This document shows positions 28,545-37,754 of a stretch of DNA of 64,000 nucleotides, piece after piece. How positions within the stretch are numbered: the stretch's first letter is position 1; every line of letters begins with the position of its first letter. The notes below the pieces were generated by a model. It did no database searches, was not told the DNA's origin, and saw only the letters and a program-made list of their open reading frames with translations. The DNA is from an uncultured delta proteobacterium (GTDB lineage Bacteria > Desulfobacterota > Binatia > UBA9968). The stretch spans positions 32,001 to 96,000 of the forward strand of contig CAVTUQ010000010.1 of NCBI GenBank assembly GCA_963737905.1, given 5' to 3'. The translations under genes and the position numbers were made by a program.

Positions 28545-29213
28545 TTAGTCGATGATCCTCACACGAGTATCCATCGTCGCCGTTTTTTGAATCGGCGGAG
28601 TGAAAGTCCCGGTGCGACCATCTTTAGTCGTGACGACGATACGATAATCGAGGGAGCCTACCGGGTAGTCCGGCGGAATGTCCCAAGAGGTATCCCACAT
28701 CCAGGCAGAGTCAGGCAGGGCAGCCGCGCTGCCGCGAATCGTCCAGCGCCCGGGAACTTCCTCACCGTGCGGCAATACGAGTTTAATGGTGGCTCCATCT
28801 TTATCCGTCACCCGCTTGCCAGTCTTAATATCCAAAACCTCGAATCGAACCACCATCTTCATGCCCCGTTTGAACACTCCGCTCTGAACACATGCGACCG
28901 TTGGCGCAAAACCGTACTTGTTTGGGGGGGTGATGTTGGCCGTCAAAGTTTCCACATAGAAAAAGAATGGTCCTACCGGTTCATAGTAAGATGCTGGCGT
29001 CGTGAGTTTTTGTGCCGGAGGCGCGCCCGGCCCGGCCGGCGGGGGAGGAGGTAGTTTTTGCGCTCCGATCAGCATCGTAACGCCGCTGCCTCCTGCGCCT
29101 TTATCCCGCTCACTTTGCGTACCGACAGACGAGGCGCAAGCGGCGACGAGCCAGGGCGTGAGAGCTAATATCCCAACAAAGATCAACTTTCGTAGGGCGA
29201 TGTTTTTTACCAT
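28545..29213 (-). CDS. Hypothetical lipoprotein with a single Ig-like domain
   Basis: ATG 29213, lipobox LVAA|C, Pro-rich linker, CVQSGVFKRG and W.IP.DYP.G.L.Y motifs; 24 nt upstream of 26943..28520. Confidence 0.78.
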   Translation of the reverse strand: MVKNIALRKLIFVGILALTPWLVAACASSVGTQSERDKGAGGSGVTMLIGAQKLPPPPPAGPGAPPAQKLTTPASYYEPVGPFFFYVETLTANITPPNKYGFAPTVACVQSGVFKRGMKMVVRFEVLDIKTGKRVTDKDGATIKLVLPHGEEVPGRWTIRGSAAALPDSAWMWDTSWDIPPDYPVGSLDYRIVVTTKDGRTGTFTPPIQKTATMDTRVRIID

Positions 29214-29357
29214 TTTTTGCCCCCATCCGGTTGAACGGTTTTTTAAACCACTGCTTAATTTGACCCTGAACATAGGGGAAGCTCTCGACTCCTGTCAAGT
29301 GCAATAAATGCGGATTGAGTTAACGACGAATTGACACGGAGGTTCTTCCTCCGATAA

Positions 29358-30209
29358 GTGAAAACCATGAGAATCATCGATCTGCATTGCTATCCCAACA
29401 CGGAGCCCTGGATCAAGTCTCAGGGACCCTATGTAGAAGCGCTTGCCAAGTATTGGAACCGTGCCTGGACTGCCAAGACTGAAGACGCGGTTATTGAGGA
29501 GTTCAAACAAGCGAAGGTGGAAGCCGTGCTGGTAGCTTTCGATATCGAGTCTGTTACCGGATCACCACCGTGTACCAATGACTACGTCGCCAGGATGCGC
29601 GCCGATCATCCCGGTGTAATTCGCCAAGCATGGGGCGCCGTGGACCCGCTGAAAGGCGAGGCCGCCATCGAAGAAGCGAGAAAGGCGATCAAAGAGTTCG
29701 ACCTGTTGGGTTTTCACTTTCATCCCATCATGGGCCATTTTTCCGTTGATGAGCGGCGGTTTTATCCCTTGTGGGAGGCGATTAACGAATTGGCCGTTCC
29801 CGTGATGATCGATGTCGGGACCACCGGGATGGGCGCGGGTATGCCTGGCGGCTTGGGCGCCGTCCTAAGAAACGCGCATCCGGCTGCAATCGATCGCCTG
29901 GCCGCTGATTTCCCAAATCTCAAAATCGTCGCGGCGCATCCCGGATGGCCGTGGACGGACGAGATGATCGCCGTAGCGCTGCACAAGGGCAATGTGTCAT
30001 GGGAGCTATCGGGCTGGGCGCCCCAGTATTTCCCCGATGCTTTGAAACGGGACATCAAGGGACGGCTCAAGGACAAGATCATGTTCGGCAGCGACTATCC
30101 GAGCATCCCTTATGAGCGCCTTTTCAAGGAGTGGAATGAACTAGGTTATCCGGATGGGCTGTTGGAGAAAATTTTTCACGGCAACGCGGAGCGAATTCTA
30201 GGATTGTAA
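29358..30209 (+). CDS. Amidohydrolase_2 family protein
   Basis: IIDLHCY, GFHFHP, AAHPGWPW, MFGSDYP, NAERILGL. Confidence 0.88.
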   Translation: MKTMRIIDLHCYPNTEPWIKSQGPYVEALAKYWNRAWTAKTEDAVIEEFKQAKVEAVLVAFDIESVTGSPPCTNDYVARMRADHPGVIRQAWGAVDPLKGEAAIEEARKAIKEFDLLGFHFHPIMGHFSVDERRFYPLWEAINELAVPVMIDVGTTGMGAGMPGGLGAVLRNAHPAAIDRLAADFPNLKIVAAHPGWPWTDEMIAVALHKGNVSWELSGWAPQYFPDALKRDIKGRLKDKIMFGSDYPSIPYERLFKEWNELGYPDGLLEKIFHGNAERILGL

Positions 30210-30216
30210 GAAAGTT

Positions 30217-30277
30217 AACCGCAAAGAACGCAAGGAAGACAAAGGTTGACTATGTGAACTTTGCGTTCTCTGCGGTT
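30217..30277. repeat. Palindromic 9-bp periodic intergenic repeat (AACCGCAAAGAACGCAA-type)
   Basis: AACCGCAAAGAACGCAAGG ... CTTTGCGTTCTCTGCGGTT inverted pair after the stop codon. Confidence 0.7.
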
Positions 30278-30348
30278 GATCGAATTTTTTAACCACTGCC
30301 TCTCAGCTTTCAGTTGATCTTTGAATCGGTGTCAGTTAAGCGAGTTAG

Positions 30349-31095
30349 ATGCTTTTCTCTTCGCGGTTTCGCCAGGGGGCGAAGGCGGCCATCCCCATCT
30401 GGATGGCTTTCGTCCCGTCGTCGATCGCTTGGGGCATCGCCGCGCAAGCGCATGGGCTGAAACTCGACGAAGTCATTCTCATGTCCGCCTGGGTTTACTC
30501 CGGACCAGCGCAGTTCGCGGTTCTCGCTCCGTTGGCGGAAGGGAAATCTTCACTTCAGGTTCTTGTCGCAGGGTTCCTTATGAACCTGCGCTTCTTGCCG
30601 ATGAGCACGGCGCTGGCGCCCTATTTCAACGACGTGAAGCGGCTTCCGTTGCTGTTTGCGTCCCATGTGATCAGCGCCAGCAGTTTCATCGTGCCCTATT
30701 TACAATTTCAGAAAGAGCGACAGGGTGTCCCGGACGACTCCGGCGCGTCGCAACGAATCGACGGCTATAGGAATTTAGCTTTTTTCCTCGGCGTCGGGGC
30801 GACCAGTTTTCTCATCTGGGTCATCGGCACCGGAGTCGGTTACGGTGTCGCGCTCGGCTTTCCACCCGGATTCGAAGAAGCACTGAAGTTCATTTTACCC
30901 GGATATTTTGCCGGTCTATTGGTGGTCGAAATGAAGGGCTGGGCGATGCCGCTCGTATGCGCCGCGAGTCTACTCGCCGCGATTCCAGGAGTGATCATCA
31001 GCTTCGGGTGGGGATGGCTTGTGACCGCGATTTCGGTTGCGATTTTGGTTTGGGCACTAGAGCAGTGGAAAATACGCGCATCGTCATCATTTTAA
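30349..31095 (+). CDS. azlC: AzlC family branched-chain amino acid exporter permease
   Basis: G.K...PI, MS..VYSGPAQF, NLR.L.MS motifs; multiple TM helices. Confidence 0.8.
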   Translation: MLFSSRFRQGAKAAIPIWMAFVPSSIAWGIAAQAHGLKLDEVILMSAWVYSGPAQFAVLAPLAEGKSSLQVLVAGFLMNLRFLPMSTALAPYFNDVKRLPLLFASHVISASSFIVPYLQFQKERQGVPDDSGASQRIDGYRNLAFFLGVGATSFLIWVIGTGVGYGVALGFPPGFEEALKFILPGYFAGLLVVEMKGWAMPLVCAASLLAAIPGVIISFGWGWLVTAISVAILVWALEQWKIRASSSF

Positions 31096-31385
31096 TTATG
31101 GGTCTGATGGCGTTCGCCGTCCGCGCCGGGCCGCAAGTTGTTTTCGTGAGGCGAAAGTTTCCTGAACGTTGGGATCGGTTGCTCCGTTATCTCTCGTATG
31201 CCCTTATTTGCAGCATTATCTCCATTACGCTTTTCCTGACCGACGCAAAGTTTGATAGTCAAGCTGCGCCGTACCGGAGCGCGGCTTTGGCCGTCACGAT
31301 TATTATCGCGCATAAGACTAAGAGCGCTGTAACCGGGATGATAGTCGGAACGGTTCTCGTGCTGATGCTTTCCTGGATGCGTTAG
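31065..31385 (+). CDS. azlD: AzlD domain small membrane protein
   Basis: GTG 31065 overlapping azlC end; MGL..F..R..P...R.LRY pattern; hydrophobic. Confidence 0.7.
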   Translation: MENTRIVIILIMGLMAFAVRAGPQVVFVRRKFPERWDRLLRYLSYALICSIISITLFLTDAKFDSQAAPYRSAALAVTIIIAHKTKSAVTGMIVGTVLVLMLSWMR

Positions 31386-32608
31386 CCGGGGGTTGTTCGG
31401 CTGCGCTCCCGGACAGTGCTGATCAGACCACCGTAGAGGAGGAGGGGAAGCGCGGAGACCAAGATCATCGCAAGCACGATGTTACCGGTTGCGATGATGA
31501 GCTGCGCGGCAATCAACGGCGCCACTACGCCCGAGGTGTAATGGAGCGACATGATGATGCCGCTGGCGGTGCCTGCGCTTCCTGCGGGTGCCGCTTCCTG
31601 AGCAAGCGCTACCACCAAAGCCGGCACCGATGCTTTGAGGGTGCCGAAAACGAGAATGCCCACTGCAAGACTCGCCGCCGATTCCAACCAATAGAACACT
31701 ACAAACGCCGCCAGCGCCGCCGGGAAGGCGCTCAGTGCGATCACCGTTTTGCGGCCGAATTTGTCGGACAACGAGCCGAGTGAAAAAGAGCCAAGCATGT
31801 TTGCCAAGCTTAAGACGCCCATCACCCAGCCGGTTTCTTGCAGGGTGAGCGCCTTGGCGGTGCGCAACAATGTCGGTGTCCAGGCCGCGGAGCTCCAGAA
31901 CACCGAACCGCCGATAAACTCAGCCAGCGCAAGAATCAGAATGGGAGCGCTAAGCGTGTCTTTGAAGGAACCGCTGCGGCTCGCGGTCCGTATCGAATGA
32001 ATATTTCGAATCCAATAGAGTTGCAGCAGCATGTCCGCGGCGGCAATGCCACCGACCGCCACGAAAGCCGCGCGCCAGCCGAAGGTGGCGATAATTCTAC
32101 TCGCAAGCACGGCGCCGATTGCGCCACCGATTCCATAGGACACCGAGACTAGGCTTGCGCCGAGCCCGCGGCGATTCGGCAGCAGATCGGACATGATCGC
32201 GTAGAGCGACGGAGGGGTAAAACCGTAGCCGATCCCCGTGAGGGCGAGAAAAAAGAAGAATAAGATCGGGTGACCACTCACTCCGGCCAAGCCGAAACCG
32301 AGCGCGAGAAGACTCAACCCGGTAATCAATACGGTCTTGCGTCCGATTTTATCCGCTAGACGGCCGGCGATACCGCTCGTTAACGCCGCGATGATCATCA
32401 TTACCGAGAACAGGCTGCCGGCTGCGATCGTGGAAAGTGAAAAGGTTTGACGGATTTCAGGAAGAGCGATGCCCAGGGTCGCTACCATCATCGATGGCAT
32501 CAGGTTGGAGCATGGGACGATGCAGAGCGTCAGGCGTTGCTGCCGCCTGTCTGCCGCTGGTTTAAGGCTTTCGATGAGAATCCTTATTTGAGAGGAATCA
32601 TGATGCAA
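31382..32608 (-). CDS. MFS transporter
   Basis: GRLADKIGRK and GSLSDKFGRK motif-A loops; about 12 TM helices; start uncertain. Confidence 0.88.
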   Translation of the reverse strand: MHHDSSQIRILIESLKPAADRRQQRLTLCIVPCSNLMPSMMVATLGIALPEIRQTFSLSTIAAGSLFSVMMIIAALTSGIAGRLADKIGRKTVLITGLSLLALGFGLAGVSGHPILFFFFLALTGIGYGFTPPSLYAIMSDLLPNRRGLGASLVSVSYGIGGAIGAVLASRIIATFGWRAAFVAVGGIAAADMLLQLYWIRNIHSIRTASRSGSFKDTLSAPILILALAEFIGGSVFWSSAAWTPTLLRTAKALTLQETGWVMGVLSLANMLGSFSLGSLSDKFGRKTVIALSAFPAALAAFVVFYWLESAASLAVGILVFGTLKASVPALVVALAQEAAPAGSAGTASGIIMSLHYTSGVVAPLIAAQLIIATGNIVLAMILVSALPLLLYGGLISTVRERSRTTPG

Positions 32609-32931
32609 TCGCGAGGCTGGCCGCCGATCACCCGAGTGATGTGACCATGGCCAGTGGTATCGTCCGCAAGCATGACGTCGCCGGGCCCGAAACGCCTCAC
32701 CGTACCGTCGCCGGTTTCGATCTCGACCTGTCCGGCGAGCGTGACGACATACTGACGCCGTGGTGCCGGATGATAATTGCTCCGATGGGTTGGCGGCACG
32801 CGACGAAAGATGATCCCGTCCACCGATTGAAGCTCGGAAACTTCCATGTGTCCCCGGAGGTTGAGTTCAATCTCAAGGTCTTCGAAATGAGATTCGTTGT
32901 CCGTTCCGGTGTATATTCTAACGACCTTCAT
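32584..32931 (-). CDS. Small cupin-domain protein
   Basis: Y.G.D.ESHF, HPAPRRQY, GDVMLADDTTG.GH. Confidence 0.82.
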   Translation of the reverse strand: MKVVRIYTGTDNESHFEDLEIELNLRGHMEVSELQSVDGIIFRRVPPTHRSNYHPAPRRQYVVTLAGQVEIETGDGTVRRFGPGDVMLADDTTGHGHITRVIGGQPRDCIMIPLK

Positions 32932-32988
32932 GAGTTGGGTTGTAGGAGAATCGGTGGGAAAAAGCAAGGCGAAAAAACCCCGAATCAT

Positions 32989-33028
32989 AGTTCCAATCGT
33001 TCCAGCCGTTCAAGTCGTTCCAAACGTT
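32989..33028. repeat. 9-bp periodic repeat (CGTTCMANN)
   Basis: AGTTCCAAT CGTTCCAGC CGTTCAAGT CGTTCCAAA CGTT. Confidence 0.7.
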
Positions 33029-33130
33029 GGGCTCTGATTTGTGACCACGAAAGGTCTTTGCCGTGAGGAAGAAAATGGCCTATAAACGGTTCTAGTAAAT
33101 TCCTTGGTCCTGAGAGTGAGGAGTAATTCC

Positions 33131-34552
33131 ATGAGCGAAGAAATTTTAAATCAGCTGGCCGCAGATATGAACAAACTCCTCACCGAACCGGTGGGGAGCC
33201 GCAGTGTCAAAATAACCGACCTGACGCCGCGAGACGGGCAGCAGTGCAAACTGGCGACCCGGGTGACCACTGACGACTTGATGCCACTGTGTGCTGCGCT
33301 GGACAACTGTGGGTTTTATGCCGTGGAAGTTTGGGGCGGCGCGACCTTCGACGTGTGCATGCGCTACCTTAAAGAAGATCCGTGGGAGCGTCTACGGCGC
33401 ATCAAAGCAGTGATGCCCAAAACCAAATTGCAGATGCTCCTTCGCGGGCAGCATATTCTGGCCTATCGGCCCTACACCGACAAAATCGTTTGGAAGTTCG
33501 TCGAACGGGCCATCGCTAATGGTATGAACGTCTTCCGGATTTTCGAGGCGACCAATGATTTCCGAAACATCGAGACCGCGACCAAGGCCGTGAAAGAGCT
33601 CGGCGGCGAGGCTCACGTCGAAGTCAACTACACCGTGAGCCCGGTTCATACTCTGGCTAAATGGATGGAGTATGCCGAGCAACTCATCGAGGTCGGCGCG
33701 GATTGGTTGTCGTTCAAGGATGCCACGGGAATCCTCACACCTTTCGATAGCTACAGGATTATCAAGGGGATAAAAGATCGCGCGAAGGGCAACCTGCCGG
33801 TTTTGCTCCATTGCCACGACATGGGTGGAACCTCCAGCATGTCTCACCTGATGGCCATCTTGGCGGGCGTCGATATGATCGACACGGTGTTGTCCCCGCT
33901 CTCGTTCGGCTCGGCGCATCCGGCCACCGAGACCATGGTAGCATCGTTAAAAGGGACGCCTTTCGATACCGGTATCGATGTGAAGATCTTGGAAGAGCCG
34001 GCGCAAATCACGCGCCAGATCAAAGAAAAATACGAAAAGTACGAGACTGGATATACGGGTGTGAGTGCAGACGTGTTCATTCATAAGGTGCCCGGCGGCA
34101 TGATCTCGAACATGGTGGCGCAATTGAAGGAAGCCAAGCGGATGGATCTGATGGAGGCGGTGCTGAAAGAAACGCCGAGCGTCGAGAAGGACTTAGGCCA
34201 TCCGCCGTTATTGACGCCGACGAGCCAGATCGTGGGAGTTCAAGCCGTGCTCAATGTCCTGGCGGGCGAGCGATACAAGATCGTTAGCAGGGAGACCAGC
34301 GATTACGTAAAGGGAAAGTATGGGCGTCCACCGGGTCCGGTGAGCCAGGAACTGATCAAGAAAATCATGAAAGACAAAGAGCCGGATTATTCGCTCCGCT
34401 CGGGCGAGCTGGCCGATCCTGGGGATTGGGATAAGGCGGCCAAAGATCTCGGGCCGCTGGCGAAAAGCGATGAAGATCTTCTGCTCGGAGTGCTTTTCCC
34501 GATGCAGGCAAAGGAGTTTCTAACGCTCAGGGAAGGTAAGGGACTGCACTAA
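33131..34552 (+). CDS. Pyruvate carboxylase B / oxaloacetate decarboxylase alpha-like carboxyltransferase without biotinyl domain
   Basis: RDGQQ, EVWGGATFD, EDPWERL, LQMLLRGQ, HCH, PGGMISN, TPTSQIVG; ends before any AMKM biotin carrier domain. Confidence 0.88.
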   Translation: MSEEILNQLAADMNKLLTEPVGSRSVKITDLTPRDGQQCKLATRVTTDDLMPLCAALDNCGFYAVEVWGGATFDVCMRYLKEDPWERLRRIKAVMPKTKLQMLLRGQHILAYRPYTDKIVWKFVERAIANGMNVFRIFEATNDFRNIETATKAVKELGGEAHVEVNYTVSPVHTLAKWMEYAEQLIEVGADWLSFKDATGILTPFDSYRIIKGIKDRAKGNLPVLLHCHDMGGTSSMSHLMAILAGVDMIDTVLSPLSFGSAHPATETMVASLKGTPFDTGIDVKILEEPAQITRQIKEKYEKYETGYTGVSADVFIHKVPGGMISNMVAQLKEAKRMDLMEAVLKETPSVEKDLGHPPLLTPTSQIVGVQAVLNVLAGERYKIVSRETSDYVKGKYGRPPGPVSQELIKKIMKDKEPDYSLRSGELADPGDWDKAAKDLGPLAKSDEDLLLGVLFPMQAKEFLTLREGKGLH

Positions 34553-34554
34553 GA

Positions 34555-34693
34555 AGTTCAAGACGTTCAAATCGTTCAAGCCGTTCAAATCGTTTTTCGG
34601 AGATGGCTTGCCAAAAAGCAGCCAACGATATTTCGGGGATCGAAAATAGAGGATCGAGGATCGCGATCTCCAATTTTCCATTCTCGATTTTCC
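34555..34693. repeat. Adjacent 9-bp and 7-bp periodic repeat tracts
   Basis: 34555..34594 GTTCAA units; 34636..34693 GGGGATC GAAAATA GAGGATC GAGGATC with inverted arm GATCTCCAATTTTCCATTCTCGATTTTCC. Confidence 0.7.
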
Positions 34694-34699
34694 AGAAAC

Positions 34700-35608
34700 A
34701 TGCCTGAGCTTCCGGACGTTACCGTTTACATCGAGGCGCTCGCGGAACGGGTCCTGAATCGGGCGATTCAGAAGATCCGCATCGGCAGTCCGTTTGTTTT
34801 GCGCTCCTTCGATCCGCCGATTGGCGCCGCAGAAGGAAAGATAGTTTTAGCGCTTCGACGGCTGGGCAAACGCATCGTCTTCGAGCTGGAAGAGGAGCTT
34901 TATCTTATCGTTCATCTCATGATCGCTGGGCGGCTTCATTGGAAACCGAAGGGAGCGAAGATCGCCCGCAAATACGGACAGGCGGCGTTCGATTTTGGCA
35001 ATGGCACGCTCCTTTTAACCGAAGCCGGAACCAAGAAGCGAGCCTCGATCTACTTGGTACACGGAAAGGCCGCCTTACGAGAGCATGATCCCGGGGGTCT
35101 GGAAGTCTTTGATGCGAGCCTCGAACAATTCCGCGAAGCGCTCACGCGTGAAAATCACACATTGAAACGCTCGCTCACCGATCCCCATTTGTTCAGTGGG
35201 ATCGGCAACGCCTACTCCGACGAGATTCTCCACCGTGCGCGGCTCTCGCCGATTCGCCTCACCCAGCAAATGACGGCCGCTGAAATTGAAACACTTTACC
35301 GCGCGATCAGAGAATCGCTCAACGAATGGGTGGAACGGTTGCGCAAAGAAAGAGGCTCAGGATTCCCGGAAAAAGTCACGGCCTTCCGCCCCGACATGGC
35401 CGTCCACGGCAAGTACCGTAAGCCCTGTCCGGTTTGCGGCTCTCCAGTCCAGCGCATCGTCCACGCCGAGAACGAAACCAACTACTGCGCGACATGCCAG
35501 ACCGGCGGAAAGTTACTGGCCGACCGATCGTTGTCGCGACTGTTAAAACAGGATTGGCCGCGGACCTTGGAGGAGTTGGAGGAAGTACGTAGGGCACGAA
35601 CGGAGTGA
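34700..35608 (+). CDS. Fpg/Nei family DNA glycosylase
   Basis: N-terminal MPELP, HLMIAG, GIGNAYSDEIL H2TH motif, CPVC...CATCQ zinc finger. Confidence 0.92.
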   Translation: MPELPDVTVYIEALAERVLNRAIQKIRIGSPFVLRSFDPPIGAAEGKIVLALRRLGKRIVFELEEELYLIVHLMIAGRLHWKPKGAKIARKYGQAAFDFGNGTLLLTEAGTKKRASIYLVHGKAALREHDPGGLEVFDASLEQFREALTRENHTLKRSLTDPHLFSGIGNAYSDEILHRARLSPIRLTQQMTAAEIETLYRAIRESLNEWVERLRKERGSGFPEKVTAFRPDMAVHGKYRKPCPVCGSPVQRIVHAENETNYCATCQTGGKLLADRSLSRLLKQDWPRTLEELEEVRRARTE

Positions 35609-35626
35609 AGCTCGTCAAGTTGTTTT

Positions 35627-36217
35627 TTACGTCATCGGGATAAATCCAGGTTGGGCGTTCACCCGTTCGATCCAACTCCGAATCTTGGGAAAATCGTCCA
35701 GCGGGAAACCGCCTTCGTGGGAGACGTGCGTGTAGGCGAAGAGGGCGATATCGGCGATGGTGTAGTCCAGAACGAGGAAATCATTTTTTCCCAAGTGGGT
35801 TTCCATGATTTTGAGCGCCGCCCAGCCGCCGTCGCGCCGGGCCGCTAGAGTCGCGTCGCGTTCGGGTGAATCAGCTTTGTGTTGTAGCCAAAAACGCGAG
35901 GTGGCGATGTAGGGTTCGTGGCTATATTGTTCGAAGAACAGCCATTGAAACACTCGGGCCCAACACTTGCGGTCCTCCGGCAAGAACTTTGTGTCCCTCG
36001 CAAGATAGGCCAGAATCGCGTTCGATTCGGCAAGAACGAAACCGTTGTCATCAAGCACCGGGGTACGGCCGTTAGAGTTGATCTTCAGAAACTCCGGTGT
36101 CCTGCTTTCGCCTTTCAAGATGTCGACTTCAACGATTTCACAGGCCATGCCAAGTTGAGCCAGCAGCAGCCGAACTTTGTATGAGTTGCCGGAGTAGGCG
36201 ACGTTATAGAGTCTCAT
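35627..36217 (-). CDS. Glutathione S-transferase family protein
   Basis: SGNSYKVRL, N.NG.TPVL, ESNAIL.YLA, TIADIAL. Confidence 0.92.
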   Translation of the reverse strand: MRLYNVAYSGNSYKVRLLLAQLGMACEIVEVDILKGESRTPEFLKINSNGRTPVLDDNGFVLAESNAILAYLARDTKFLPEDRKCWARVFQWLFFEQYSHEPYIATSRFWLQHKADSPERDATLAARRDGGWAALKIMETHLGKNDFLVLDYTIADIALFAYTHVSHEGGFPLDDFPKIRSWIERVNAQPGFIPMT

Positions 36218-36225
36218 GGGAATGA

Positions 36226-36425
36226 GGGTTCAACGTTCAAGGTTCCATGTTCAATGTAACGAAGCTACTGCAATACCGATACAGCGAGGGTTCTTCGAAT
36301 AAGCAAGATTTCTCGTCGCTTCGCTCCATCGGAATGACAAATGATGGGGTCGTGTACTGAGTGCCATTTCGAGCGAGAACCGAGAAATCTTTAACGTTGA
36401 ACGTTGAACCTGGAACCTTGAACTT
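36226..36425. repeat. Composite element: 7-bp periodic arms enclosing a REP-like inverted pair
   Basis: Left GGTTCAA CGTTCAA GGTTCCA TGTTCAA; right TTGAACG TTGAACC TGGAACC TTGAACT; inner AGATTTCTCG...GGAATGACA / TGCCATTTCG...CGAGAAATCT. Confidence 0.75.
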
Positions 36426-37562
36426 CTAAATCTGGCTTTCGAGTATCTCCAGCCCATCCAAGCGATCGATGAGGTAAAGCTTACCGTCGTCCGAACGGAA
36501 AACATCATTGCTCTGAACCGCCGTTTGATCTTTACCTGGCAATGGAACGTAATAGCCGACTTCCTTCGGGGCGAAAGGGTTTGAGAGGTCAAGGGCGCGC
36601 AGGCCGCCGGCGAACCACGTGACATAGTGTATGTTGTCGTAGACTTGTTCTGCGGGTTGATGGGCGCCAAAACGGCTGCCGGGCTTGGACTCGCCGTCGT
36701 ACGGAATCATGTAGTTTGCGACCGGGATGGGGCGGGTCTCTTCTGTGATATCGACCACCCAGAGAAAAGCGTTGGGCGTCGGCATCAGCTTCTCGCCGAC
36801 TTCCTCGTCCGTGACGATCATAAAATCGCGGTCCATAATCTTATTCGCCAATGGCAAGGTCGTGTGCGTGGGGCACGGGTAGGGCGGGCTCCAGTCGAAC
36901 ATGCTCAGGGTTTTGGGTTTGCTCATGTCCGAGATATCGACGATGGCGAATCCGCCGAACCAGTAACTGATGTATAAACGGTCGTCGCGGCGGATCGGAT
37001 GATGACATCGGCGGTCCCAGCCATGCCAAGTGGGTGTTTCGCCGCCGGCGGCCCATTGGCCCGGCATCCACCAGCGACCTACTTCTTCCGGCTTCTCTGG
37101 ATTTTTTAGGTCTAGAATCAACGCAATGTTTCCGACGTAGCCTTCCATGTGCGGTGAAAGATACGCGTAGCGGCCGTCGAAGGTGAAACGATGAACGCCC
37201 TTGGCGGCGGCCTTGAAAAACGCGATCTCGCGCGGTCTTGTGCGATTCGAGATGTCGAGGACTTTCAGACCGCCTTGCGGTTCTCCCTTGGTCTTATAAC
37301 GCTCGTAGTTGATCAGCATCACGTCGCCGCTGACGCGGACCTTGTGAGAATGAATGCCCTCGGGCACTTCGAGCTGAGCGACAAGCTTCGGGTTCTTTGG
37401 ATCGTGGACGTCGATGATGGATGTGCCGTGCGGCGGTTCGATGTGACCCACGTAGGCGTAGCCGTTCTCCACGACGATGGAGCCTCCACCGGGAAGGTCC
37501 ATGCGTCCGATCTGTTTGATTTTTTGACTCACGCCGACTGGCAGTTTGCCGTTCGTTGCCAT
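36426..37562 (-). CDS. LVIVD-repeat beta-propeller protein
   Basis: Repeated (I/L)(I/V)D(V/I)S.P..P units, YAY strands, conserved His (HSHK, CHH, THT, GAHQ); GGGAGG RBS before ATG 37562. Confidence 0.85.
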   Translation of the reverse strand: MATNGKLPVGVSQKIKQIGRMDLPGGGSIVVENGYAYVGHIEPPHGTSIIDVHDPKNPKLVAQLEVPEGIHSHKVRVSGDVMLINYERYKTKGEPQGGLKVLDISNRTRPREIAFFKAAAKGVHRFTFDGRYAYLSPHMEGYVGNIALILDLKNPEKPEEVGRWWMPGQWAAGGETPTWHGWDRRCHHPIRRDDRLYISYWFGGFAIVDISDMSKPKTLSMFDWSPPYPCPTHTTLPLANKIMDRDFMIVTDEEVGEKLMPTPNAFLWVVDITEETRPIPVANYMIPYDGESKPGSRFGAHQPAEQVYDNIHYVTWFAGGLRALDLSNPFAPKEVGYYVPLPGKDQTAVQSNDVFRSDDGKLYLIDRLDGLEILESQI

Positions 37563-37606
37563 GGGTATTGCCTCCCTCTGGGTTGTTGGAATTGGTGTTA
37601 GATTAA

Positions 37607-37751
37607 TCCAGGTTTCCTGTGAAGAAGCATTCACCACAGAGACACAGAGTCCGCAGAGTTCGGAGAGTTTTTTTCAAGAAATCTCTTACTCCGCGTCCTC
37701 GGCGCCTCCGCGGTGCAATCTCCGAGTCCTGCTTCACAAGAAAGCCTGAAG
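37607..37751. repeat. About 145-bp MITE-like repeat, copy 1
   Basis: Imperfect TIRs CAGGTTTCCTGTGAAG / CTTCACAAGAAAGCCTG; inner CACCACAGAGACACAGAG ... CTCCGCGTCCTCGGCGCCTCCGCGGTG; inverted copy at 48460..48605. Confidence 0.75.
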
Positions 37752-37754
37752 CCC

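Noticed and set aside
29337-29353. CGGAGG-TTCTT-CCTCCG palindrome after a TTGACA between divergent genes
   Set aside because: Could be an operator, but it is short, single-copy and no regulator is adjacent; insufficient support.
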